DNA of 63,019 nucleotides, counting the filler, from Octopus bimaculoides (Eukaryota): assembly GCF_001194135.2 (NCBI RefSeq). It is 4 parts of 4 records of this genome, joined end to end, with 100 filler letters (N's around TTAATTAATTAA, not from the genome) between each part and the next. Parts side by side here need not be neighbours in the genome. Positions count along the whole stretch, not along the records: positions 37,183 to 59,107 come from NC_068996.1; positions 59,208 to 63,019 come from NC_068992.1; 2 more parts are not named here. The stretch is one strand, 5' to 3'. Both the position numbers and the translations under genes were made by a program. Every line of letters begins with the position of its first letter. Within the stretch, counting starts at the first letter, position 1. Positions 50,825 through 63,019 of this stretch are shown one piece after another. The notes under the pieces were generated by a model. That model did no database searches. It was given only the letters and a program-made list of their open reading frames with translations, and was not told the origin of the DNA.

Positions 50825-51649
50825 TTTTTTTTAAGCATAAAGAAAGCACTATCTGATCAAATATGACAAATGCTTAACACTCAGTCTATTAAAGGTGTGG
50901 ATATCTTTTTTGAGAAGTGAACTACATGAGACACACCTCATCATCAAGTAGGCAACACTACTAAAAAATATCAAGGCCATTTAGAAAGTCCAGCAGGCTG
51001 CAGGTTGTCCATGACTGGTTTATTACTTAGAAATTTTTGTTGTCATTGTCATCACTATATGTCACTCCTTCCATGCTGGCATGGGTAGCTTGAATTACAA
51101 TTCACTTTGTAAGAGATTTTTTTTCTTCCCATTTTCAGTAGTTTATTTTTACTCCTACTTTTTTAAATTTCTTCTTGCTCATTCTTATGAGCACTTTTTG
51201 CTTTTGATATTCTATTCCTTTATCCCAGTACTTTGACTGATACTTCTATTGGTTTAAAGTAATTGTGATATGCAGCTGAAATAGTTTGTTGAAATATTTA
51301 TGCATACTGAATGATATTGGATAATTATGGACACTAGTTTAGTTATGCTGACAAAGGTGAGAGAGAGGCTAGTTAATTACATTGTTCCCTGGATATTTAT
51401 TTTATCAAACCTGAAGGGATGAAAGACAAAGTAAACCTTGGTGAAATTTGAACCCAAAATGTAAAGTATGAAGATATGCTATTAAACATTTTGTCAGGAT
51501 TGCTAATGATTGTGCCTGCTCATAGAAAAAAAAAATTGTAAGTGAAGAGTGCTGACAACTGAATCAACTCCAATAAAAGTTAATCACTTGCCTAAGTGAC
51601 ATTAGCAGAGTAGTTGCTTAAACAGTAAGATTGGAGATTGGGATTATAT

Positions 51650-52395
51650 TTAGCTTGCAAACAATTGTTGAGTGGCAGGATGATAAGAAAGGAAAGACAA
51701 AAGAGTATCCGTGGAAACTGAGAAAAATATTGAATTCTAAGATGAATGTGAGAAATGTAATTTTGGCAATAAACTTGTGCACAGTTGTTCAGTATGGCAC
51801 TGGAATTCTTAAGTGGACAGCAGATGAACTGAAGGAGTTGGACAGGAAGACAAGAAAATTTCTAACAATGCATAGAATCCATCATACACGTGAAGACACT
51901 GAACACTTACACATGAAGAAGTCAAATGGAAGAAGGGAACTGATAACTGTGGAAGACTGCATGCATATCAAACTTGGGAACTTGGTGAGATATCTTTACC
52001 AAATTGAGGAAACTTTGTGAAGGACAGATAGAGATGAGGGCAGATTAAAATCAAGAAAAGAGAAAAGAACAAAACAAGAAGTACAAGAAGGACATGAAAA
52101 AGCACTAGTCAAGAAGGGACTATGCATTCAATTCCATGTAGCCATAACTGAGTTGCTGGAAAACATAGGTGGGGCTGCTTGAAGAAGAGAACACTGAAAA
52201 AAAGAGACTCAGATCACAATACTGGCAGTGCAAGACCAAGCTTTGGCCACAAGTTGGAGGGTCAACTTTAGGAATTAGCAAGTGTCTCCACTGTACTGAA
52301 TTGGTAATAGAGTTGATGAAACCACTGCCCATATCATGAATGAATACCCTCGACTTGTCCAAAACCAATAAAGGTTGTGGCGACACCATCATCAT
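51650..52395 (+). mobile_element. R4/Dong-like LINE fragment (post-RT region)
   Basis: LRKILNSKMNVRNVILAIN...QYGTGILKWTADELKELDRKTRKFLTMH; homologous to 9830-10130 and 60600-61050. Confidence 0.82.
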
Positions 52396-53279
52396 CACTT
52401 AGTGCCCATTGAGTTGGCTGGTTTGACAGGAGCTGCACCAGGCTACAATGTCTGTTTTGGCATGGATTCTACAGGTGGTTGCCCTTCCTAATGGCAACCA
52501 CTTTACAGAGTGCATTGGATGCTTTTAACATGGCACCAGCACCAATGCTTTTTACATGGGAGCAGCACCAACAGGGTCACCAAGTAATTTGCCACTACTC
52601 CCTCCTTAGCTGGGAGGAGGGAGTAGTTGCAAGGGGTAGTGGCTTTGTGCCAGTTGATGAGAGATTAGAGGTATAGAGGGACAGGGGTAGGTGTCCTCTT
52701 GTAGAGTAGATACATAAATACCCCAGCATGGGTTAAAAAGTAAGATAAAGAGAACGGGTAAGACAGAAAGTAAGATAAAGAGGGCAATAGTTAGTGAGAT
52801 GGTGGCAAAGATGTGTTGGGACATGCCCTCCAGAGAAATTGGAGGTGGTTAGAATATGAGAAATGATAAAATGGTTTAAACCAAATCACTTCAATTGTTT
52901 CTGTGCATTAGTTTCAGCTGGTAATTGCTGGGTGCTTCACATATTACACCCATTCTTGTATTAATGATTCAACAATAACTGTGCACATACATGTCTTCAA
53001 ATGAGTGGGTTTAAGAGCACTGCTGGATCACCTACAGTTTCTCATTGTTCTATACTCATATTCTATTTTTAGAATTCTGTTGGCAATGAATAACATGGAA
53101 ATACTAAGAGATACAAATGATAAAAGATACCAAATAAATAAATTAATTAATGGAAGTGAAAATGTAAAGTCTAAAATAAATAGACCAAAATATGTGAGAA
53201 AAACAGCACCATGATGCAATTCACTCTGCCAGACATTTGTGTACTGCTGGCATTCATGCCAGAAGCTCCAATACTAACA

Positions 53280-53856
53280 TTTCAGAGTGTTTGGATGTCA
53301 ATTCGAGGACCGAGAATGATAAAAATCAAACAACCAGTCAACATCATCTTGGCACACAGCCTCAGACTCAACATAGAGGCCTACATCAAGTGCCCTGGGT
53401 CTAGAGGGTGACTGTTGGAAGACCCTGTGTCTGGCAACAGAACTCTGCACCATGCCACACAAGCAGGAGAACCCAGTCATGGTTGTAAGACAATTTCTGC
53501 GACCACATCACCCCTAACATCTGGTCACACTGCAACCCCATTGATTATTATATGTGGGACACAGTTGAGTAAGAAATCAACAAAACTCCTTGTAACCCCA
53601 AATATGAACTGAAGGCAAGGATTATGGCATCATTCACCAGCTTAAACAAGGAAATTGTCCAGAAGAGTTTCAGGAGATTTCGAAGTTGCCTAGAGGCCAT
53701 AGTTGAAGCCAATGGCAATTTTATTGAATAAATTTACTCTTTAATATTTCAAGATATTTTTATGTAATTTTGGTAAATATATCTGTTAAAATGAGATGTC
53801 AGTGTTATTTTCACTTTTGCATAATTTAGATGACAGTTTATTCACCACACCCTGTA
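53280..53856 (+). mobile_element. maT-like Tc1/mariner 3' fragment
   Basis: WQQNSAPCHTSRRTQSW, CNPIDYY.W motifs; 3' terminal repeat ...tttattcaccacaccctg followed by TA. Confidence 0.75.
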
Positions 53857-54099
53857 TATATATATCTTTATTCAGGAAAAAAACTTTTTCTTCATAAAAA
53901 AATTTTTTTTTCTTTTTTAGGGATATGTTATCCAAGCGGGCATCAGTTTTGTGCTATTATCGAGTGATGATTCTGGATATTATTCATGTGTTTATTTACT
54001 AATGTTCTTGGTTGGTTTATTTTATCATTTTAGTACTTTTCACTTATGAAAGTCCAGTTGTCTCTATGGAGATTTTATTTTTTCTGATATAGGAGAAAT

Positions 54100-55990
54100 A
54101 ATTAATAGTTTAAAGTAAACAGAGGATATACATAGAATAATCGTTTTTTAATCATAGTGAAGTCAATAAGTTCTTATTTTTTTGACTACATTACGTTTCA
54201 GCCAATTGTTATTGTCCATATTTGCACCTTTAAAGTGCATTATGATGTTATAAAACAATGGCCTCTTCTGGGCTGCTATTTTTTTTCTTCGCTTCTCTCA
54301 GAAGGAGAATATATTCCAACCGATTGGTAAGCTTTTAGTTCTTTTGCTTAACTGCGTGTTGGATGTTGTTCTAAAAAGTTCAAAATTGACTTTTTGACCC
54401 TACTGGTCAAGGGAAGAATCTGCTGCCAAGAAACTAGGCCATGTTACTATTCCACACTTATTGGTTTATTTTATTCAATCATTGTTTCGCCAGTGTGGTC
54501 AAGGTCTTCATTTTTTGCTGCTACCAATCACATATTTTGTTGACACTCTATATATTCTATTACTACTATTTGTACTGTCCCCCAGCTTTCACCCTTAAGT
54601 TTTCCTCCTATAAGTGTTATTGATTATAATATTAATATATCTTTTATAGATATTATTAATCTGGTTATATATATCTTACTGTTGCTGTACTATATTTAAT
54701 TATATTTTGGAATACTTCTTTTGTTGTACTACTGTTGGTATCATATTTTATCATGTTGGTAATGTATTATGTTACTATAATATTTGGATATCATGTTGGT
54801 AATGTTTTATGTTACTATAATATTGGATAATTCAATTTCCTATTATGTTAACATATATCTATATTTCCTAATTTATATCCTAAATATCACATATTCTACT
54901 TGTGTTTCTTATATGTCTTATCCCTAAGTTTCTTTTACTATTATTTTATTATCTTTATACCTATTGTATGTATGTTTAACATTATATACACAACATAATC
55001 CTCTTTCCTGCTTGCTATTAATTGGTTTACATTTTGATGTAATAATCTGGTAAATTTTTTTGATGCATAGCTTGCATCTTTTTCTCCCTCTACTGTAAGA
55101 TTTTGCTTGGCTAATTATTTCCCATGTATTTTTAACTTTAATCAACCAAAACCTAGGAAATGAATATAAAGATGTTAGAGGCTAATGCATTTCTAATTAA
55201 TATTGGATGGTTACTTAGGAAGTTAATATAACTTAAATTAGAATTAGGTTTTCTGAAAGGTTCATACAATCCGGTTGTTAAATTGAAGTTAACGTCTAAG
55301 AAGTTAATTGAATTATTATCCCTCTCAATAGAGATAGAAAGACCATGCCTTTTGAAAAATTTATAAAATCTTTTCTTAGGTAGTTCTAATTTTCTATTGG
55401 ATGCATTTTTTATAATGAAAAGTGCATCATCTTCATACAATCCTCCCCCAATTTCAGGAAATTCATCATGCAGGTCGAACAGAAAATAGACTCCAACAAG
55501 GTCAGTCACTTGGGTGGAGTCTGCGGTGCCTATTGTGATATCAAAGCAACTGAGTGTCCTTTCTAGAGTCCAGAATTTGTTGTCAAAATTGGTTATGGAT
55601 TTATGGGTCGTTAGGATAACGTTGATTCCATTCATGCTAAGATTAATCTATTTCTATTAAAATAAGGACACTATTTAATATAATGAAGTTAATAGAGTAA
55701 TAATAATTGTCGATGTCTATTTATAAGAATTTATGTTTGTCCTTGTTTGGAATTTTAGTGAACCAGCTAATAGCTTCCTGAGTGTTAAACCGTAGTTCAA
55801 GTGATATTTTCTTAAGTATGGATATATATTTATCTAAAATTATTTTGCTTAATCTACCTAAGTCTGACTTGCTGGGGCATATTTACCTAACTTCATGGTT
55901 GGTTTGGAAGTTATCATTATGGTCTTTTAGTGTTATCTGAGGTCTGACAGGTATGAATGGTTCAGTTTTATCATTGATGCAATATTCAGA
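54100..55990 (-). mobile_element. Penelope-like element, RT and endonuclease remnant
   Basis: FDITIGTADSTQVTDLVG, GLYEDDAL, INFLDVNFNL.TG.YEPFRKPN...YINFLSNHP, then WEIISQAKSY..G.KRCKLC. Confidence 0.88.
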
Positions 55991-56960
55991 CATGATCTTT
56001 TTAGCATCTAAATTAATTGTTCTAAGTACATCTGTTTCCCTTGTATGGAAGGGTTATTCCATTGGGGTGCTTACCATCTCTACTGTCTACAGTTGTGATG
56101 GGAAACCAGATGTTCAAACCCACTTCTAATTATGTCATTCAGAGTGTCAGCTGAACCCCCACCAAGATGGGTTGATGCTGTGTACGGCATCCAGAATTCA
56201 GCTTCACTGTAGCACACATTTATCACCTCCAACATGAACAGGTTGATCTCAAACCCAAGAAGCTTTAGGGCTGGGATGATCTGCTGAAGGTTCCCAACTA
56301 CAGACTCAGCCAAGTTATCCAGGGTTGCATCATTAGGTACCAGACACTGAAGGGTGAGTGGACTAATCAGGCAACAACAGCCAATGCAAAAAAGAGCACA
56401 CCAAGTAGGTCGCCCTACTGGATACCTTTAAAAGAAGTGATCCTGTTGTCAGCAGCCATTAATGTGTTATATGCAAATGGGCGTAATGAGGGAGCACATC
56501 TTAGACATGTCTCCAAAATGTGGTTCTGCATATTACGGTTCAAATCAATTTTTTATATTCAGCTTCAGCAGGAGAGCAGGAGGTGTATGCTGTATGTTGC
56601 GTCTGGCCACATGGGTAGCAACCTCACATCCACACTTGGCCCCCACCACCAGCTGGACAGGGCTTAGTGCCTCCCTTGGGTTATCCCTAACTGATCTACA
56701 TGTTACCTTGACTACAAATTGTCAAAGCACATTAGCCACCACTATCGAATAGATGTTTCTGTTTTACTTCTTTAGCATGATGAATTTGGCTGAGAAGAGA
56801 TCTTGGGTATGGCAGGAGAGGTCCACATAAAGAAGACTGTCTGTTAAAGCAAATGTGCTCCTGCCTTGGCAGAGTGTATCAAGATTAAATTTCTGAGGTG
56901 GCTGGGTTGCAGGTCATCTATTCCACCACTGCTGCTCACAGGGAAAGATCTCAAAGCAGC
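55990..56960 (-). mobile_element. CRE-clade-like non-LTR retrotransposon RT remnant
   Basis: LSPVQLVVGAKCGCEVATHVARR, LLKLNIKN, GIQ*GDLLGVLFFALA, VWYL..., AESVVGNLQQIIPALKLLGFEIN. Confidence 0.75.
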
Positions 56961-58039
56961 ACATCATCACAGGATACAGCTGTAACTCGGTAGTAACCGA
57001 GTCACCAATTTTTATAACGAGCTGAAAACTCGTTAATATAAATATTAAAGATGGAAAGGAGAAAATAGACTTACAAGATTAACTCAATGTTTATTGAACA
57101 AGAGAGGTGCGAAATTTAAGATGTGACTTGTTACAATATACATGTCTGAAGAAGACATAAACAAGCATGACAAAATCCAAAAGAACTGGTAATATATACT
57201 TTAAAGGTGTTCTATGAAGAGATCATAAAATTGCGGTATAATTCAACATGAAAGAGGAATGACATTAATGTTGTGTAAGTTAATGAAGATTTCTGAGGGA
57301 ATGCCAAAAGTCATATTCACTTAATGAGTTCATTGCACCAGAATGCTTTAGGAAGTTGATGTTGGGGTTGGTTGCAATAAGAGCTGGTAGCAGCAATATC
57401 ATCGAAGTCTGTGGTGATGAATCACAAATAAGGGAGTTATAGCTTCATGAGGTAAATACAAGCTAGGCTGGTGAGCTGAGTAAAACTGCTCTATTTAAAG
57501 AAATTGATAGGCTCCAAGGAGAGATGAAAATTTTTCCGCCAAGAAAACACGTGATCCATTTTAGTGCATCTGATTAGTTAACCATGTAATTTGGCACAAT
57601 TATTTAGGAGACAATTTGTGCCTAAAAACTAACCAATCAGAACAATGGTTATGATCTGGTCTTTATAGCTAAGTGTTTTCTGCTACATCCAAACAACAAC
57701 TATAAATCAAAGGGAGAGAGAATAATTTGCTTTCTGTTATTTTGCCAATCTGTTCAGCTACACAGTCTTGTAGTTCAAAATACACGATTATTTATTCAGA
57801 TAAAATATTTGGTGTGATTTGCTTCATCTCACAAAGTCAAATCTGGGAAAAACACTACTTTTCAGCGTTACCTCCATTAATTTTGCAGTTATGCAGATAA
57901 AAGTTTTTTTTTTGTTGCTCCACTATTAACAACATTCACAAGTTTTGCTATTTAAATCATTAACTTAATTCTCAAGGGTGAATGGAAACCCTTTCATTTG
58001 TCATTATACTTGATCTTTCAGTTTCTATATTTTAAATAA

Positions 58040-59107
58040 ATCTGATCACATCCGGAATGCTCCAAATGTGACAAGGAGTAACTTTTATGGTAGACTGCTT
58101 TCCTTGGAGATGGGATGGATACATGACAGCGTATTTTAAAAGATCCAAGAAGATCTATGTAGAAAGGAAGGGCTTGAAGAATTTAGTGACTATAGGGGCT
58201 AGCTCTTGGGTGCAGTCCTTCAGGGTAATGAAAATAATATTATCAAGCCTGATGGTTTGAAGTGACTAGAGGTGCTTTTGAACTTGGAATGTGTGTTTCG
58301 TGGTGAGTTTGAAAGGATGGAACAAGATAGACTTGAAGGAGGTTTGACAAGTAAAAGCAGTGTGGAGTTAGTTCAATGCAAAACGAGCAGCATAGACCAA
58401 GGCTTTCTCTGTTCACAGAAATATTTATGTTGTGCAGTGGAGAGAAAGCAGATTCTGCAAAGTTGTTAGAAATACTTGTAACAAAGGACCTAAAGGCTTG
58501 GTTGTAATTTGGAAGGTATGATAGCTTGAAAGCTGTACAATGCACGAAGTCATCTTTTATGGAACAGATATTTATAAATGCCAAAACCTTCCTTGGCGAA
58601 GAATGTACACCCCAACACAGATTAGTAGTTAGCAACTTCGGGATCAAGGCAAAATGGGTGCCCAGAAGTAGACTGGCTTGGAGGAGAAGGGTGTGGAAGC
58701 TTAAAGACCCTGCAATTGGATGTAGATTTAGAGACATGCTACTCGAAGCATTTGACGAAATAGAAGGGGATATAGCTTCATACAACGTGGAAGACAATTG
58801 GAGATTTCTGCAGGACAACCTGCTGAGAGCCACTGACCAGATCTGTGGCTGGGGTAAAGTCCCCTCTCGACCCAGAGTAACGTGGTGGTGGAACAAGGAG
58901 GTAGACAGGGCTATTAGACAAAAGAAACAGGCTTAGAAGGACTGGAAGAACGGTGGTAGCAGGGAATTGTACCAATGTGCCAGAAGGGAGGCTAGGCGAC
59001 AGGTTTATTTAGCCAGAGGGGAAGCAGATAAGAAAAGATTTGCCAATGTTCTGCGCCGTGAGGACCAAAGACTCGAGGTATTTCGTGTTGCAAGACAGTG
59101 TAGGAGA
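58040..59107 (+). mobile_element. RTE-clade LINE, endonuclease/linker region
   Basis: KTFLGEECTPQHRLVV...RVWKLKD..., WWWNKEVDRAI; nearly identical to 23710-24003. Confidence 0.88.
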
Positions 59108-59207
59108 NNNNNNNNNNNNNNNNNNNNNNNNNNNNNNNNNNNNNNNNNNNNTTAATTAATTAANNNNNNNNNNNNNNNNNNNNNNNNNNNNNNNNNNNNN
59201 NNNNNNN
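59108..59207. other. Artificial contig-joining spacer
   Basis: Identical 44N-TTAATTAATTAA-44N structure. Confidence 0.93.
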
Positions 59208-59680
59208 GTAGCAGATTTCTCGTCTCGGATCTGGTTCATTATCCGAGTAAGTGGTCCTTTAGAATCCGGTCTATGACCATTCCGGTTTGTATTTTGTTTT
59301 ATTAACAGTGAGGCATAACAAGCTTCGACGTTGATGCTAGAGGACGAATCTGTCTGTTTAGGGTAAAATTTTTGAGACAACACCGTCTCCGAGCTCTCGT
59401 GACGTAGCTTCTTAAGGCTAGCAGATCTATATCGTGTAAGTGGCCCTTTGTGATTCGGTCGACAACCAATCTGGTTTGTGATCTGCTTTGTTATCATTGA
59501 GGCATGACGAGCTTTGGCGTTGACATTAGGGGACGGATTTGTCTGTTTAAGGTCAGTTTTTTGAGACAACACCGTCACCGAGTTCTCAGCATGTAAACAT
59601 TGCTCGTAGCGTAGTTTTTTAAGGCTAGCAGATCGGTATTCATCTGTATTTTTTTTGTTGATAGATTTATCTCCGGGCAT
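59208..59680 (-). other. Open frame of at least 157 codons built from two diverged ~63-68-aa repeats
   Basis: YRSASLKKLR...TVLSQK...KQT...RP..KGPLTR occurs twice; the frame stays open up to the spacer. Confidence 0.5.
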
Positions 59681-59695
59681 GGTTCACTCTGTCTG

Positions 59696-59696
<1 letters not shown>

Positions 59697-59767
<71 letters not shown>

Positions 59768-62700
59768 TTATAATTTTTCTTTATTACATGTTTTGTTGAA
59801 GTTCCTGGAGTCTTGCATATATAGCAAGCTTACTACCTACAGCCTACGATACCATGCTATCCATTCTTTTCAGCTATCTAATACTTTTCTGATTATTCTG
59901 GCCATACCCAGGAGGCAAACCTTTTGTAACATTTCTACTGGGCACTCTATTCCAATTTCCTTTATATTCCTTTTGATGCTTTCTCATACTGTTCTCAAAG
60001 ACCCGATAATAAATGGCACTATCTTCACCTTCTTTATTTTCCATAGCCGGCTATTTTGTACTTTAAAGGGCTGTATTTATCTATCTTTTCGCCTTCCTTC
60101 TTGACAATTTGTGAGTCAAAGGGGCATGCAACAATAATATAGCACATGTGGTGCAACTTGTCTACCACCACTAGGTCCGGTCTGTTATACTCTAACACCT
60201 GATCTGTTTGGATTGGGAAGTCTCCAACTCTGCCTTACTCTGCGGTTAGTGCTCATACTACGTCTTGCATCTCTCTAGCCTCCACTTTTCGCACTGTTTC
60301 CAATGTAGCACTTTCGCTACCTGGTCGTGTCGCCACAACTTGTAGTGGTTTTTGGGTAAGTCTAGGGCATTCGTTCGTGATACAGGTAATGGTTTCATCC
60401 ACTCTATTACAGATACGACACAGTGGAGACACTTGCACATTTCAAAGGTTGACCCTCTAGTTCGTGGCCAAAGGTTGGTCTTGCGCTGTCAGTATAGTAC
60501 ACTTTGTTTCTTTTATTAGGGTTCCTTTCATCAGCCAATCCCACCTATTTTTCCCAGTAACTTCTGTCGTGGCTCCCTGGAATTAATTGTGTAGTCTCTT
60601 CTTGCGTAATTCTTCTTCATGTTCTTTTTGTACCTTTTCCTTTGTTTTCTCTTTTTTCTCTGTTCTCAATACTCCCTCGTTCCTAACTGTCACTAGCAAG
60701 GTTTCCTTACTTCAGGCTTGGTATCTCATTAAGCTCTCGAGTTCGATACGCACGCAGATTTCCACATTTATCAGTCCCCTTCCTCCATTTGCTCTCTTCA
60801 TGTATAAGCGATCAGTGTTCACAAGTGGATGATGGGTTCCATGCATCTTTAGGAGCTTTCTTGACTTCCTGTCCATCTTCTTTAGCTCCTCCTGCCCACT
60901 TCAGGATTCCAGCGCCATACCGAACTACTGCGATTGCGCGCGAGTTTATTGCCGAAATTAAGATTCTGGCATTCAGCTTTGAAACCAATATTTTTCTCAC
61001 TCGCCGTATGTACTCTCTTTTTGTCTTTTCCTTCATGTCCTGGTGTTTGATTCCATCTGCCTCAAGTATTCCCAGGTATTTTTAGCTGGATTGAGGTTGA
61101 ATTGCCTTCATCATTTCACCACTTGGTAAACATATACGTTTTGTTCTGGCAAACTTTCATCATCTCACCACTATCGTAGCACATTTTGAGAGTCCAAACT
61201 CAATCTTTATATCATTGGAGAAAATCCGCACAGATTGGACTAGGCCGTCCAGTTCTGCCTCAGGATTTGTGAATAGCTTCAGGTCGTCCATGAATAGCAA
61301 GTGGTTTAGTTTTCCTTTACCTCTTCCCAGATCATACCCCAGCTTTGTTTTCTGTAATATTTCACTCAAGGGGATCATTCCCAGAACGAATATCAGTGGG
61401 GACACACTGTCCTCTTGAAGATTCCTCTCTTGATTTTCACCTCTCCTAATACCTGCTTCCTTGCTGTCAATTCTGTTCTCCAGAATTTCATACTGTTCCT
61501 TAGAAAGCTTCTCATATTCTCTGCTATTTCATACATTTCAGTTGTTCTTATTATCCAGGAGTGTGACATCAAATCGTATGCTTTGCGATAGTCAACCCAT
61601 GCCACGCTCAGGTTTGTGTCTTCCCTTGCAGTTCCTGATAATTAGATTATCAATTAAGAGCTGATCCTTCATTCTCCGGCCCTTTTTTTCGGCACCCTTT
61701 CTGTTCAGTAGGTAGCAGCTAACTTTTTTCCAAGTATCTATACAATTCACCGGCCAAAGCACCTGACATTAGTTTCCACATTAGCGGAATGGCAGTTATT
61801 GGATGCTACATTTCTCTTTTCAGGATTCTTGGCACATAATGTCTTTCCCCTTGTCATTCAGCCGGGTACTGCGCCTTTCTACAAGCACTCTCTACCTGTC
61901 GCACTTTCCTTTCAGGGAGGCCCCTCAGCTTCTTCATCTAATAACCTTGGAGCCCATCCGGTCCTGGGCTCTTCCAATTTGGGAACATTTTAAACTGCAT
62001 TTTTATCATTTCTTAACCTATCTTGGATTTCATGTAGTCACTCCGCTTCATTATTATGCTCTGCAGGTTGGTTCCAGATCCCTTTCCAGAATGCTTTGCT
62101 TTCTCTGCGTTTGGTATCATTGTTACGTGTATTTGCCCATCTAGTTCTTGAAAAAGTTTCTTCTGATTTGCTTCAAACAATCTGTTTTGCCCGAATTCCC
62201 TTTTTCTATTGTCATATCTTTCCAGTTTTGCTTTGACTACTACTACTCATTGTTTCAATTCTTCCAATATCACATCATAACCTTTATCTCGTATTCTTTT
62301 TGTTCTTTCCAGCATTATTCTGATGCTTTCGGACTGCAAGTCCCCTCTTCTCAATCTATCAACTTGTCCTAAATATCTTTTTAACTTTGTTTCTCACAAA
62401 TTCGCCTGCGCTAGTATGGTTCCTTACCTTCTGTTTGTTCTTTTCTTTTGTATCCAACTCCATCTACAGTAACCATAGCTACAGCCCAACTAATCTTGTT
62501 AGTTTCAGTTATATTTCTCGTCTGGAACAGTTCAAGAACTGACAATGTACCTCAGGTTGGGTGGGGTGCGGTGTGCTTGATTCTGGTCTTCTCTAATATA
62601 TCGGTACAACATCCTCACTATGTCTTGTTGGTCATTCATCATATTCTTCCCATTCCTTATGTTTCATTTACTGAGAATGCATTTACACTTTGCTCTACGT

Positions 62701-62800
62701 CTTCACTGCCGCCTTTCATTTTTCTCTTCTCACTGGGCACATTGTTGTTGGTGAAGTGTTATTTCTATCTTCTACTTTCCATTTTATCGTTTTTATTTCT
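59697..62800 (-). mobile_element. R4/Dong-like LINE, ~3.1 kb, pseudogenised
   Basis: RT (WVDYRKAYDL, NHLLFMDDLKLF, KYLGILE), zinc knuckle CRICNRVDET...CP, REL endonuclease (NRPDLV, KEGEKIDKY), 3' end in (TAA)n. Confidence 0.9.
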
Positions 62801-62829
62801 ATGTCTGTTAACCACCCTTTTGCTCTTAC

Positions 62830-62965
62830 TGCTCTTGCCAACCACATGGTTCCGGGTTCAATCCCACTACATGCCACCTAGAGCAAGTGTCTTCTACTAT
62901 AGCCTCGAGCCGACCAAAGCCTTGTGAGTGGATTTGGTAGATGGAAACTGAAAGATGTCCGTCGT
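62830..62965 (+). mobile_element. tRNA-derived SINE, 5'-clipped
   Basis: ccaaccacatggttccgggttcaatcccact...gccttgtgagtggatttggtagatggaaactgaaag. Confidence 0.8.
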
Positions 62966-62966
62966 A

Positions 62967-63019
<53 letters not shown>

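Noticed and set aside
54470-54525. Hammerhead at the 3' end of the Penelope RT remnant
   Set aside because: Only ATGAAGACC...GGCGAAAC survives on the minus strand; the CUG of the core and stem I are missing.

Overview
AT-rich eukaryotic genomic DNA, rich in microsatellites and transposons. The SINE/LINE repertoire suggests an octopus, but that is recall-based inference. The window is probably not one continuous locus: three identical 100-bp spacers (44 N + TTAATTAATTAA + 44 N) split it into four blocks (1-24850, 24951-37082, 37183-59107, 59208-63019). Block 1 carries three minus-strand coding exons of a V-ATPase V0 subunit a gene. Block 3 carries the last four coding exons of RWDD4, also on the minus strand. 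The rest is intron or intergenic DNA filled with decayed RTE, R4/Dong-like, CRE-like and Penelope-like retroelements, tRNA-derived SINEs, Tc1/mariner/maT, Sola2-like, hAT and piggyBac-like elements, and two Helitron remnants. The most notable unexplained structure is a set of minimal type I hammerhead ribozyme motifs with palindromic helix III. One has a fully intact core (43483-43574) and one sits in the loop of a 148-bp-arm inverted repeat with a 14-bp target duplication. Also notable are a CpG-retaining CRE/E2F/NRF1/ETS motif cluster inside an otherwise CpG-decayed Helitron, and a ~195-bp fold-back palindrome. I found no CRISPR array, rRNA, true tRNA or prokaryote-type system, and I cannot claim a wholly new system from sequence alone.
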